Source of the DNA: Somniosus microcephalus
Lineage: Eukaryota
NCBI GenBank assembly: GCA_052327205.1
Contig: CM126234.1
Span: forward strand, 27,032,001 to 27,096,000
DNA length: 64,000 nucleotides
Direction of reading: 5' to 3'
Of the stretch, positions 14,201 through 26,200 are shown in pieces. Below the pieces are notes generated by a model, which did no database searches, was not told the origin of the DNA, and saw only the letters and a program-made list of their open reading frames with translations. The position numbers and the translations under genes are program-made. Positions within the stretch are counted from its first letter, which is position 1. Every line of letters starts with the position of its first letter.

Positions 14201-17200
14201 GGAAAATATTGTTAATGACTGGATTAGTGACCAATGAAACTCTTTTTTAATACTAAATTCCAGCTCTGCACTATGACCCAGGTTAGGGCCCGTGATTGAC
14301 TTATTTAGGATGTTTTCTTCTGTAGCAACCAGATAGACCTCCCTGCATAGGACTAGCTTGGTTTACATGTTTCAAAAGATCACTAACTCAAATGTGTTAG
14401 AACATGATTAATCTGTGCAGGTTTCCAATCTCTGGTTTGACATTGGTCAGTAATTGCAGTAAATTGTTATAACCTGAGTGTTAATATATTCCCCTTCTTC
14501 CATTTTAGCAAAGGATGAAGCAAATTGTGGTGTGTGTGATGCTCCAGGGGATCTCCTGGACCTTCTCTTCTGCACCAGCTGTGGACTGCACTATCATGGT
14601 GCATGCCTGGAAATTGTAGTGACGCCAGTTAAACGTGCTGGTTGGCAGTGCCCTGAGTGCAAAGTATGCCAGACTTGCAGGTTTGTAGCTGTTTCAGGTA
14701 GACATAATCTGCATTAGCGATGCAACATTGTCAAGGGGAGAGTGACTAAAGATAACATTTGTGGAACATGTTTAGTAGAGTATTAAGTTTCAGAAAAAAA
14801 TCAAATATGAGGGTGGGTAGTCAGTATTCTCTCAAAACATTTTATTATCTTTTTGTGCTATAATTTGTATAGTTTTACTATATGCGGTACATAAAATACA
14901 GGTAATTTTCTATTGTATTGGACTGCTATTTTCATGTCCTGATGTACTCATTAAGTAATCCAATATATTTCAAGGAAAATTGATTTGCTCTTTTGCTTTG
15001 TATAAATTTCTAATAACATACGTCTATGAAACATTTCAGCACAACAGTGACGTTTTAGATTCATGTAGATTAAGTTGTAGTGTCTCCTATTGAATCCCCA
15101 TGCAGGCAGCCTGGTGCGGACACAATGATGCTTGTGTGTGATGCGTGTGACAAGGGCTATCACACATTTTGTTTGAAGCCAGCAATGGAGTCACTGCCTA
15201 CTGATAGCTGGAAATGCAAGGTGGGTGCATGTGTGTGTGTTCTATAGCTGTCTTGCAGCAGCAATTCAGTATAGTGGTGCTAATAGTGGTTTGCATAATT
15301 ACTTTAGTCTGTTGTGTTTGGAACACCAGCTTCAGTGTGAGCGATACTTAGTCATGTATGTAAACTTTTTTTGTATACAATGAATCCCACCATAATGGTT
15401 GAGGGATTGCAAACCTTTATAGTAGGCTCACTTGCTTTTGACTATCAGGAAGTCTGGGATGTGCTTCATTACTTTCTCAGCTGATGATTAAAATTGTGCT
15501 GGTGAAGTTATAAAAGATATTGCTTTGAATTTATTAGAACAGTTAAGATTTCTACCTTTTTTAGCTTCATTTGTTTGCAATTCTTTTCATGTGTCCTTTT
15601 ATTTATACATTCTATTGCCATTCATGCAGTCTGCATATAGAAATTTATTGTCCATAATTTGCTGGGGTGGGGGGAGAGAGACAATGAGTGGTACCGTAAC
15701 GGGGGCCATGCGTCACAATCTTTTCCCTCCTCTTGCTTTTATAAAGCATTGCTCTCATCTGACAGCTCAAGGTGACAAATGCTACAATGCTGCTGATCTC
15801 CAAACTGGCCTCACCATTGTCATGGAACATTCACATTTTTTTCTGTATTACCATTGCATAATTTCATTTATATGCAGGGAATGAGCAAAAAATTCACTTA
15901 CCTGCTGTAGGTGTAGTTTTCCTTCTGTTTTGACTGTAGCTCAGCATTTTTATGTAAAAATGTCCCTCCCTCCTTGCCTGCTCTGCCAGTCCCTTTGTTC
16001 TTTAATCTGTCCTAGTGCAGATTAGTTTTTTTTATATGCACCGTCTAAGTCTTGCTGCCACCTCTTGTCAAAATGACTTGACTAAATATGAGGATTGTGA
16101 ACTTTTCCTTATTTGTTAATAGCCTTGTGAAATGGTGACTGGAGAAAAAGACCTCTGTTTGGCTAATAGCTCATTTATTTGGAGGCCTTTTGGTCAAGGA
16201 ATGATGCAGTGTGGGGAGACCTAAAAAAGTAAAGGACGGAAAGGGAAGATGATTCTTTCAAAACTCTTTAGGAATCTACTTCTCTGCATTCTAATATAAG
16301 AATGTGCGCGCAGTGACTTGCTGCCATCCTGTATAGGGTGCGTTGGTGGGGGGGTGGGAGGGGGTGCGTGTTCAGGTTGATATGATTTGTGCTTTTCTTT
16401 TCAGTCTGAAGATTGTGGAAGGCACAATCATGCAACAGCTGAAAGTCCCATACTGGGCTTAGTTTTCTTAACGTTTTCTCATATTTAGGGAGCTGCACTG
16501 GTAGCTGTTAAGTCAAGTGGATAGAAGACTGGATTTGACATACCTAAGGTGCTTTGCAAGGTAGTCTCACTTGTAATTTCTTTCTGCAGAACTGTCGTGT
16601 GTGCAGTGATTGTGGTTCAAGGTCTGCAGGGAAGCATCCAAATGCGCAGTGGCATCAGAACTATTCAGTGTGTGAGAAATGTTACTGGCAAAGGAACAGG
16701 GACAGTGCCGTGTGCACGATATGTGGTAAAACAAATGGACAAACAGATGACACGTTAAACTGCCATATCTGCCAAAAGTAAGTGGCTTCTGCCATTAGTG
16801 ATTATTAGTCAGATCTGGAAAAGGTGTTCTATTAGCAGCAGCCGTCATGGTCAACTGCTTCCATAGTAAATCACCATAGTGTGTACGTGGAAGTTAATTG
16901 GTCTTCTAATAGGATTTCTATCAAATGGTTTAAGTTTCTCCCCCCCCCCCCCTGTTGATTTTTTAGTAATGTGCATGGAACCTAACCTAATGTGGGTGAA
17001 CTTGAACACTCTTCAACCAAGAGCATAGACAATGAAGTCTTGCATCGAATTTACAGCACAGAAACAGGCCAGTCGGCCCAACTGGTCTATACCGGTGGTT
17101 ATGCTCCACATGAGCCTCCTTCCACTCTACTTCATCTAATGCGGTCAAGTCCACTCTTTTATTATACTCTATATAATCTCTCTCGCTCTCACCATCTCTA

Positions 17201-20200
17201 TATCTCTCTATCGTTCTCAATCTCTATCTCTTCCAATAAGTTTTAGGAAAGGCACTTCCCCTTCCTAAGCTTTCCCCCCCCCCCCTTACAGTTTTCTTCA
17301 CTGCACAGCAAGCACACTCTACCCAGTTGAATAGGCAACCTGCTTCCTCATCTCTGCCAATACAGCTCTTAAGCTAGCTCCTAGATAGTGTGAAATCAGT
17401 CTTGGGTGACTCTTCCTCTGATTGATGCTTCCCCCACTCCCTCTCCCAGTAGGGAAGAGCCTGATGTTTTAATTCTTGCATTATGCTGCCAGGAATCTCA
17501 AGGAGAAACTGAATAGGACTGAATTGTAATTTTAGTTTTTCCAGTATTTCATGTACTTGTCCACTTTGTCTCACCAATTTAAAGTTCAATATTGGAAACA
17601 GTCACTTTTCATTGACCTGTTGTATTCCTTATTCTCAGGTGGATCCATGCAGACTGTGGCCCTCCATCTCTCCACTTATCAGGGCAACAGTACACGTGTG
17701 CAATGTGTAAAAACCCACCGCAAAACACAGGCCTTTTGGCTCCTGAGCATGTTGATGAGAGGCGATTGAAACTTGGGTCAGTGGAATCAGGTATGGGTTA
17801 ATAGATTTATTTTGTTGTTTATGAAAGTGTTTGTCACTGAGCTGGAAGTGGTGAAAATGTTTTTGTAAGATAAGTCACAAAGTATTGTATGTACATTTAA
17901 TTTGATCATTTGGATCTTGTTACACTGCAGACTTCTGACATAGTTGTAATAAAATGATTTTAGCTTTAGCTAATACCTGTAGCATCATAACCTGAAGGAG
18001 CTGGGCCTTTGACATTGAATGTATTGCCATGTTCTCTAAATGCACGTTTAATTTGATTGGTAATGACTGCTGACGTCGTCATAATAAAACAACATTTTTA
18101 GTCCTTTATCATACAGTCACTTGGATGAAATTTGGTCCTGTGACATTTACCAATGTGGTATTGTCTGAATGCAGATTTCATCAAGGAGTTATACCATATT
18201 TGTGATGTCTGTTCACTTGAATAAGAACATTTCATTGCTAAAATGGTTGGCACACTTTTTTCCTTAATTTCATTTTTGTTTTAATAAGCTAATCTATAAA
18301 GTCTTAAGTATGGTGTTCACTTGCTATATCCTCCTGAGTCATGATTTGGAGTAACACTTTTGTGTCAACATTTCGAATATAAACATTTAGAATGGTAATT
18401 TTGTATGTAAACAGTTAATGTCATGATGTGGGCCACCTGCCACTAGGTAGCATTCTGGCACAGTACGAGTTATTTAGCTGCCATTTTGTCCTGCTTGCAG
18501 TTACTGTCCCTGATTATTCTGCCTGCTGTGCATTGCCTGCTCCCCTCTTGCAGCCTTTTTCAGCTTTAAAGTTTTCAAAAATAATTCTCACTGGCCCATT
18601 CCTGACTTCTCTGCTTCCCACTTGGCCTGCTTGTACTTTTGGCTCCAAAATAGAAGGTTTAAGCAGCAAAATAAAGCTTTGTGATTCCTTTGAGGAAGTT
18701 ATTGTTGTCCACTGTTACCTAGTTATTTATCATGGCAGTTTGAAATTTACTATTCCATGATGGAAAGTGAATGACTTCAATAGATACTGAAGTACTGGGG
18801 GGGGGGGGGCTCAGTTTATTTTTTGTGAAGGAAGAATTCCTTCATCCTTGGTCTACACACATACTGCAGTAGAGTGGATGGCAGTCTGCTTTTCTTGCCA
18901 TTACAAGGTAGCAGATATGAGGCACACAAGAAGCCACAAGATGACTTCAGCATTGACTTCCTAACAGCATTGTGGGTGTACCTACACCATATGGACTGCA
19001 GCGGTTCAAGGCGGTGGCTCACCACCATCTTCTCAAGGGCAATTAGGGATGGGCACTAAATGCAGGCCTAGCCAGCGATGCCCACATCCCATCAATGAAT
19101 TAAAAAAAAAAAAAAAAAAAAAAAATGCCCTCTCCAGTGGTATTGTTGAGATCAGGAAATCGGTGATGTGGGGGTCAAACTTCTATCTGTCGATGCTTAC
19201 GGCACTGCAAATTCATGCTTTAATGAGCTGCGCCATTGTTACAATCGTGTCTAAATCTAAATGCAATTGACTGCTCCTGAAGTCTTTGGGGTTATTTAAA
19301 ATCGCACAACCTGAAAAATGTTATTTCCTGTTGTGCAGAGAAAATAAAAGAACAAACTGAATGGACTGAAAGGCAGAGAAAGGACTTGGAACCAGAAGAA
19401 CAATTGATGACTGAATGTGTTGCTGGAGACTTGTTTCACAAACAGGAGGGTGAGAAATTTGTTTTTAAACTGGGACTGTTCATCAGTCTTGAGATGTTTT
19501 GGAGGCAATATTATATTAATTTTCTAATAGTAGAAAATCATTTGTACAAGTGAATTCTTTCCATTTATAAAAGATCAAATGGTTCCAACATTTTGCTGAT
19601 AAAAAAGGTAGAATTGATAGTTTAATGTTAACTGTGCTGCAATCCTTGTGGTGATTGCACTTTCATGGCGTTAGGTATGGAATTCCAGAATACTGACCTA
19701 GTGACAGTGAAAGGACAAGATGGTACGTGACTTGGAGGGGGGTCTAGCTTGGCCGTGATGCCCCTCTGGCAGTTGAAAACCTGCTGATATTCACCGTTCG
19801 GACCACCTGGGTGAAATGCTGGAGGGTGACCAATGGCGGGGAAACCACACCCCGGCAGGAGGTAACTCTTTCAGATGAGGGGGTGGGAGGGAAGAGAGAG
19901 AGAGGAAAGAATTTGGTTGGAGAAAAAAAAAAATCATAGTTCTGGCCTTAATTAGCAAAATCTCTAGCTCTGGTTTTTTTTGAGTAGCTACGTTTCTAAA
20001 TGTATCTGATAGTATTAGCTGAATGTGATTTTTCTGCTCCCAAGAGGAGCTCGTGCTTCCTGGGTGACTAAAGAAATTGAAGTTAAAATGAAACAGAAAA
20101 AGGAGGCTTATAATGAATGCTAGTTTCATAATAAAGTAGAGAATCAAGCAGAATACAGAGTGCAGAGGAGAACTGAAAAAGAAAATGAGAGGGACAAAGA

Positions 20201-23200
20201 GAGTGTATGAGAAAAGATTAGCCGATAACATAAAATGAAATACTCCAGTCTTTTATTAGAAGTATATAAATAGTAAAAGGATGGTCAAGGGAAGGATGGG
20301 ACCGATTTAGGGACCAAAAAGGAAATCATCTTGTGGAGAGACAGGGCATAGCTGAGGTACTAAATGAGCAGAAACATAGAAGATAGGAGCAGGAGGCCAT
20401 TCGGCCCCTTGAGCCTGTTCCGCCATTTAATGAGATCATGGCTGATCATCCAAATTCAGTACCCTGTCCCTGCTTTCTCCCCATATCCCTTGATCCCCTT
20501 AGCCTTAAGAAATATATCTAACTCCTTCTTGAATATATTTAATGAATTGGCCTCAACTACCTTCTGTGGTAGAGAATTCCGCAGGTTCACCACTCTCTGG
20601 GTGAAGAAATTCCTCCTCATCTCAGTCTTTCTTAAGGCTAAAGGGATCAAGGGATATGGGGAGAAGGCGGGGACCGGGTACTGAATTTGGATGATCAGCC
20701 ATGATCTCATCGAATGGCGGAGCAGGCTCGAGGGGCCGAATGGCCTACTCCTGCTCCTATCTTCTATGTTTCTAAATGGCTTACCCTTTATCCTTAGACT
20801 GTGACCCCTAGTTCTGGACTCCCCCACCATCGGGAACATCATTCTTGCATCTAGTCTGTCTAGTCCTGTTAGAATTTTATAAGTTTCAATGAGATCCCCT
20901 CTCATTCTTCTAAACTCCAGTGAGTATAAGCCTAATCGACCCAATCTCTCCTCATACGTCATTCCTGCCATCCCAGGTATCAGTCTGGTGAATCTTCGCT
21001 GTATTCCCTCCATGGCAAGAACATCCTTCCTCAGATAAGGCGACCAAAACTGCACACAATACTCAAGGTATGGTCTCACCAAGGCCCTGTACAACTGCGG
21101 CAAGACATCCTTGTTCCTGTACTCGAATCCTCTCGCTATGAAGGCCAACGTACCAATTGCCTTCTTAACCGCCTGCTGCACCTGCATGCTTACCTTCAGC
21201 GACTGGTGAACAAGGACACCTAGGTCTCGTTGCACTTCCCCTTCTCCCAATCTATTGCCGTTCAGATAATCTGCCTTCCTGTTTTTGCCACCAAAGTGGA
21301 TATCCTCGCATTTATCCACATAATACTGTATCTGCCCAATCATCCAACCTGTCCAAATCATACTGGAGTTTCTCTGCATCCTCCTCACAGCACACACGCC
21401 CACACAGCTTTGTGCCGTCTGCAAACTTGGAGATATTGCATCTAGCCCCCTCGTCTAGATCATTAATATATATTGTGAATAGCTGGGGTCCTAGCACTGA
21501 TCCTTGCGGTACCCCACTAGTCACTGCCTGCCACTCGGAAAAAGACCCGTTTATTCCAACTCTTTTTGCTTCCTGTCTGCCAACCAGTTCTCTATCCAAG
21601 TCAGTACCTTACCCCCAATCCCATGTGCTTTAACTTTGCACGCTAATCTCTTATGCGGGACCTTTGCATCTGTCTTCACAAAAGAAGAGGACGCTGTCAA
21701 TGTCATAGTAAAGGAGGAGGTAGAGAGATTGGATAAAAATAGTTGAGGAGGAGGAGGTACTTAAAAGGTAGGCAGCACTCAAAGTAGTAAAGTCACCCTG
21801 TCTGGATGGGTTGTATCCAAGGTTGCTGAGGGAAGGAAGGGTGGAAATATTAAAATTCTGTGTATGTATGCTCCACTGAAAACTTGTATGTAAACATTTC
21901 TGAATGGGACCTAAAATGTTGAAAATGTTCACAGTTGTGTGTTACATTCCATGTAACACCAGTAGCACTAATAGGATTTCCAATGTTTATGTTGTGCCTT
22001 GCCTGCAACGACTCCATCATCAAGTGGATTCTGCCAATCCCTTGCCACAAGGGATTATCCAACTCTGCCATTCTGTGCGGCGAAAGGTAAATTTTGCAGT
22101 TTTGACCCCATCGTCCCCAATCTAGCGGTCTGGAGTCCCACTGCTCCCTCTCTTGAGAATCTGGTTCGTTGGCAGGCCCACTGGCTACCCAGACCAGTAC
22201 TGATAACTCGGTGCCTGTCTCTGGGCCACTGCTGCCACCTAACCTGCTCCTCTGACTTCCTGTTCAGCAATGCAATGCAATAGGAGATCCACTAATTGTC
22301 TCAAAGTGCTGCACACAATGAATTACTCTCTTTTTGGAGTTACTGGTACGTAGGTGAATATAGCAGCCATTCTGCACTAGCAATGCCTTATAAAAAGGAA
22401 TGAGAGGAATGGCCTATGTTTTTGGTGGTGTTGATTGATGGAGAAATGTTAACTAGGACATCGAGAATACCCTGCTGCCCTTTATATAGTGCCATGGGAT
22501 CTTTAACATTCACTTGAAGGACAGAAGGAACCTCAATTTAAAATTTTAGCCAAAGCGCAACATCTCTGACAGCGCCTCATTCCCTTAATACTGCATTAGA
22601 GGGTCGGCTTAGCCTGTGAGCTCAAGTCCTCGTGTGGGGCTTGAACCCACAATCTTCTGCCACTGAAGCTGACGTGGGTGAGGTAGGCCACGCAATTTTA
22701 TTTTTTAAAAACTGAGAGCTAGTCAATAATTGTTTAAAATTCACAACTGTACTTCACTGAAGTGCCACTGATGTACAGGAAACTTTCGATTTACCGGCAC
22801 CTAAATAACCGGAAATCTCGGTTAACCGGCAAAATTCAGGAGTAGGTTCAGGTAAGTTTTACTTCATATTGTACTTGCCTTCCTCGATCTGTTGCTGTGC
22901 AAGGGTGTGGCTGCAGCTGTTGCTAAGCTACAGAGACGCTTGGAACGTGTGGCCATTGTTCTGAACCTGTTGCTAAGCAACAGGGTTTGTTGCTTTATAC
23001 GGCGCTCTCAGCTCTCCGTATCTTTTACTATAGCTTTCGGTTATCTGGAATTTTTGATGAACCGGTGCCGGATAAAAAAAAGTTTTCTGTATTGTAATTG
23101 AAGTCTTTGAATATTGTGGAATGTTCTTCACACTTTCCCACCTCTCACTTGTAATTTAACCCGAGGACAGTTATTTCTACATCAAGCTGAAAAAATGTAA

Positions 23201-26200
23201 CAGATGGCCCAGAAATTTGGGTCCCCGCGCGTGAGTATGTGTTGGGTACTCACACGTAGGCCCAACGAAAGTGCCGGTTTCGCGCATGCACTGCCATGCG
23301 CGGGAAACCGGAACTTCCGTTCCCTTGACAGAAGGGGTTGACAGGTGGAACGCGTGCGCCGGAGAGGCAGCGTGTGCGCATCGAACTTACGGTTTTTTTG
23401 CAGTGTTCTCCGGGAGGGTAAGTCTTCAGCAGTTACACTTTTAAAAAGCAGGCGCAAGGCCTGCTTTTAGTGGTGAATTAATTAAAATTAAAACATTTTT
23501 TCCACAGGTTTATTATTTTAAAACACTTTAAAGCAAGGTAAGTTTATTTTTAACCGTTAGAAAATGTAATTTTTTTCAAAATTTTAAATTATTATTTAAA
23601 ATAGTTATTTCATGTAATTTATAGTTATTTTAAAAATGTGATGTTTTAAAAAAAAAAAAAAAAAAAAATTATTTGTAGTTATGTTTTGGGGCTTATAGTA
23701 TTTATAGGTTTGACAGCTCTTCCTGTCAATTTTATGAATGAAGCATTCCCTGCTACCATTGGCTCTCCATGGCCCACGTGATCCCAGGGGACGCATCGAA
23801 CTAACTGCGCCCCTGGGATACGCAAGCACTCCGCCGGCAGTTGGAGGAGGCCCAGGATCGGAATCCCACGCGGGCCCACAGCACAACGGCCGGCGCGCAA
23901 GATAAGTGCAGGTCGGGGGCTTGCACCCGCGGGAAGCCCCCGACCCGAATTTCTGGGCCAATATGTTCTCGGACTCCGATGATTTCAATAGCTGTTTTGT
24001 CTCCTTTATTCCTCAAACTCAATTTGTGACATTTGTCATCAGAATTTTGCCACTGCCAATTTCCACCAATATTCTATGAAAGAAATAGAGGATTAACAAA
24101 ATTGGTGTTGCAGGTCGGTGCTAGAGAGCTACTGCTGGAGTGGTAATTTTTGCTTTGTTTCGATAGATTCCATTGATACCAGCAGGAACACGGAAACCAA
24201 AATTCAAAAACGGCAAATATCAGAAGTTGGCACCGTGGAACAGGTGGAATCTCCATCTCATGATTCTTCTGAGGAAGTTGAAGACTCAACTGCAGTGAAA
24301 GAATTTGAACATGAGAAGCCTGACGAGGGATTCCATTCTTCTCCTAACACAGAGGTTCATCAGACTTCTGAAACTGGGGCAGCTGCTCCACACTCCGAGA
24401 GCATTAAAAGTTCAGTGGCGGCTTTCTCTACTGAAAAAGAATTACCGGAACATTTTAGTTTGGATACTACAGACCAACTGGAAGATTTTATACAGGATAA
24501 GGAAATGAAAATGGAGAGCTCAGTTTCTATGTTAGACCAGACAGAGAGTAGTGTTCCTGCAGAGACTGGTGTTAGTCCCACTAGTTCCATCCCAGGGGAG
24601 ACAAAAGCCAATCATCTTGTCACAGACCCTGACCGGATGGACTCTGCCAGTAATTCTGCTGAAACACAGTTAGACTGTGCCTCCTCTGTTTTGATCAAGC
24701 AGGAGACTGACAAAATCCACACAGACAAAACTGAACTCTGTGATATTCCTGCTGATTCTACTTGTGGCTTCACGGAGAGAGGTGAAGCTTCTGACGTGGT
24801 CTCGGATGGGATGGAGACCAGGGATAATCCTATTGAGATGGAGATTAATGATAGTGTGACCCCTATGGAGGTTGTACCTGCAGTAAATAAGCTAAAGACT
24901 GAGCAAGATGCTCAAATGGAGGTGCAGGATATTGTGGTGAGCCCAGACCCTGTCTGTAGCATATTCATTAAATCTGAAATTGTGGAGGAAATGTCCAATC
25001 AGAGTCAAACTGACTCGAACAGCACCTGCTTGGAACCAGATTTTTCAGTTACTTTGGACCGTGATGCAGGCCTGGCTTCCATGGATGTTTGTATGACAGC
25101 AGCAGATGATATTTCTCCGAGGGTGGAAGAGGAGGCTGAAAAGTCAAATTCAGACCTGCGGCTAACGGAAACCGAAGATTCCCTGCCAGCGGACCCTGGT
25201 ATGATGAAGGGTGAATCTGGCAAGCCTGCTATAATGAAGAGGCGATTCTCTCCAGGTCGGCCTCGAGTCAAACAGGTGAGGGAGGAAAAAAGGTGGTTTT
25301 TGTTTTTCGGTGGTTAAAATGGGAGTAAGGTGGTCCACTTGGTGAAACACTTGTGAATGAGTGTGATTAAAGTTGTGTGCAGGAGAAAGAAAAGGCTTGC
25401 ATTTATATAGGGGGGAGGGCACGCATTTTAGCTCATGGTCACTGAAGCCAATTGTAGATTAGCTAACAACACAGGCTGGGAATCAAGCCAGTTGCTGTGC
25501 AAACCATGATGTTTACAGTACAGAAGAAAAACCATTCAGCCTGTTGTCGCTTTGCTAGAGCAACCCAGAACTAAATCCCACTGCCCTGCTATCCTTCTGC
25601 TTCAAATAATTATTCAATTTTCTTTTAAAGGATCCAATGGTCTCTGCTTCAACCACTTCCTGTGACGATTCTAAATTGCCCTCTCATCACTGAACCAAGG
25701 GAAATTGTCTTACTCATCATTTTAAAAAACCTCTAGGCCAAATCTCTTAGCCTTTTCTGCTGTAGCGCAAATAGTGCTAGTATCTCGAGCCTCTCCTCAT
25801 GCTTATAGTTTCCCATCCTTGGCATTATCTTGCTGTATGCTCCCTCTGGCTTTAATGTCCTTTATGTAATGGGGTGTCCAAGCCTGCACACTCTACTTAC
25901 TAACTGTGGCCTAACCAATGTTTGGTATAATTCATCATTACTTTTGTATCCTATGCCCCTATTGCTTTTGGCCTTTTTATGGCTATGTCTACCTGCATTT
26001 GAACTTTCAGGGAATCGTGTATTTGAATCTCTAGGTCTCCTGTTCCTTATTTTTCCACTTTGTGTATTACTTCATATTAAATGACATCTACCACCTGTCA
26101 CCCATTCTGCTAACCTCTCTGTCACCCTGACGTATTTTACAGTCCTCCTCTCTGTTTAATAATCCTCCTACTTTTCTGTTGCCAGCAACTTGTGTTTGTG

